Shown piece by piece: positions 62,441-64,000 of a DNA stretch of 64,000 nucleotides; position 1 is the stretch's first letter; each line of letters begins with the position of its first letter. The position numbers and the translations under genes were made by a program. Under the pieces are notes generated by a model. That model saw only the letters and a list, made by a program, of their open reading frames with translations, made no database searches and was not told where the DNA came from. The stretch is from Felis catus (Eukaryota): contig NC_058369.1 in assembly GCF_018350175.1 (NCBI RefSeq), forward strand, positions 11,038,001 through 11,102,000, written 5' to 3'.

Positions 62441-64000
62441 GAAATGCAACCAATTTCTATGCATTTATTTTATATCCTGCTACTTTCCTGAATTCATGGA
62501 TCAGTTCTAGCAGGTTTTTGATGGAATCTTTTGAGTTTTCCACATAGGGAATAGCATGTCATCTGCGAAGAGTGAAAGTTTGACTTCCTTCTTGCTGATT
62601 TGGATGCCTTTTATTCCTTTGTGTTGTCTGATTGCTAAGCTAGGACTTCCAACACTATATTGAATAACAGTAGTGAGTGTGGACATCCCTGTCATGTTCC
62701 TGAGCTTAGAGGGAAAACTCTGTTTTTCTCCATTAAGGATGATATTAGCAGTGGGTCTTTCATATATGGCCTTTATGATCTTGAGGTACAGTCCTTCTAC
62801 CCCTACTTTTTTGAGGGTTTTTATCAAGAAATGATGCTGTATTTTGTCAGATTCTTTCTTTGCATCTATTGAGATCATGTGGTTCTTGTCCTTTCTTTTT
62901 TTGGTGTAATGTATCACATTGGTTGTTTTGCGAATATTGAACCAGCCCTGTATCCCAGGTATAAATCCCACTTGGTCGTGGCGAATGATTATTTTAATGT
63001 ACTGTTGGATCCAGTTGGCTAGTAATTTGTTGAGAAATTTTGCATTGATGTTCATCAGGGAAAATGGTCTCCACTTCTCCTTTCTGGTGGGATCTTTGTC
63101 TGGTTTTGGAATCAAGGTAACGCTGGCTTCAATGAGTTTGGAAGTTTTCCTTCCACTTCTGTTTTTTGGAACAGCTTCAAAAGAATAGGTGTTAACTCTT
63201 CTTTAAATGTTTCATAGAATTCCCCTGGAAAGTCATCTGGCACCCTGGACTCTTGTTATTTGAGAGATTTTTGATTAATAATTCAATTTCTTTACTGGTT
63301 ATGGGTCTGTTCAATTTTTCTATTTCTTCTTGTTTCAGTTTTGATAGTGCATATGTTTCTAGGAATTTGTCCATTTCTTTGAGATTACCCAATTTATTAG
63401 TGTGTAATTGCTCATAATATTCTCTTATTATTGTTTGTATTTCTGCCATGTTGGTTGTGATTTCTCCTCTTTCATTCTTGATTTTATTTATTTGGATCCT
63501 TTCCTTTTTCTTTTAATCAAACTGGCTAAGGGGTTATCAATTTTGCTAATTCTTTCAAAGAACCAGATCCTGGTTTCATTTATCTGTTCTACTGTTTTTT
63601 TTGTTTTTTGTTTTTTGGGGGTTTTTTTTGGTTTCAATAGCATTGATTTCTGCTCTGATCTTTATTATTTCCCATCTTCTGCTGGTTTTCGGTTTATTTG
63701 CTGTTCTTTTTCGAGGCCTTAGGGTGTAAGGTTAGGTTGTGTATCTGAGACTTTTCTTCTTTCTTTAGGAAGGCCTGGATTGCTATACACTTCCCTCTTA
63801 TGACCATTTTGCTGCATCTCAGAGGTTTTGGGCTGTGGTGTTATCATTTTCATTGACTTCCATATACTTTTTAATTTCCTCTTTAACTTCTTGGTTAGCC
63901 CATTCATTCTTTAGTAGGATGCTCTTTAGTCTCCAAGTATTTGTTGTCTTTCCAAAAAAATTTTTGTGGTTGATTTCGAGTTGTGGTCTGAAAATATGCA
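62441..64000 (-). mobile_element. L1 ORF2 segment running off the window end
   Basis: Minus-strand ORFs 62507..63115 ([33 protein letters not shown]) and 63192..63449. Confidence 0.94.

Overview
Mammalian genomic DNA, almost certainly felid: it carries SINEC_Fc-type Can-SINEs and carnivore/felid L1s. The window covers part of a tandem class II olfactory receptor cluster of family 7 (OR7A-like). There are four + strand single-exon OR reading frames. Three look intact (177-1145, 11867-12799, 25982-26935). The fourth (50392-51531) has a Pro->Arg change in the NPxxY motif and is fused without a stop to a LINE-1 fragment that supplies a 78-aa tail and a polyA signal. A fifth, disabled OR remnant lies on the minus strand (42061-43566). 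It is not recognisable as an OR in the ORF track, is split by an L1 with a 13-bp TSD, and ends an ~11.4 kb inverted block that also carries an orphan OR promoter and first exon. Each gene sits in a repeated module: MLT1 - MER5B - MER20 - MIR - promoter with TAATGA and O/E-like sites - non-coding exon - intron - CDS. Also present are an NDUFC1 processed pseudogene nested in an L1, two near full-length decayed L1s, many L1 3' fragments (two 5'-inverted), several solo LTRs and about 17 Can-SINEs. No prokaryote-type systems, CRISPR arrays or RNA genes are supported. Repeat family names come from recalled consensus similarity, not from a database search.
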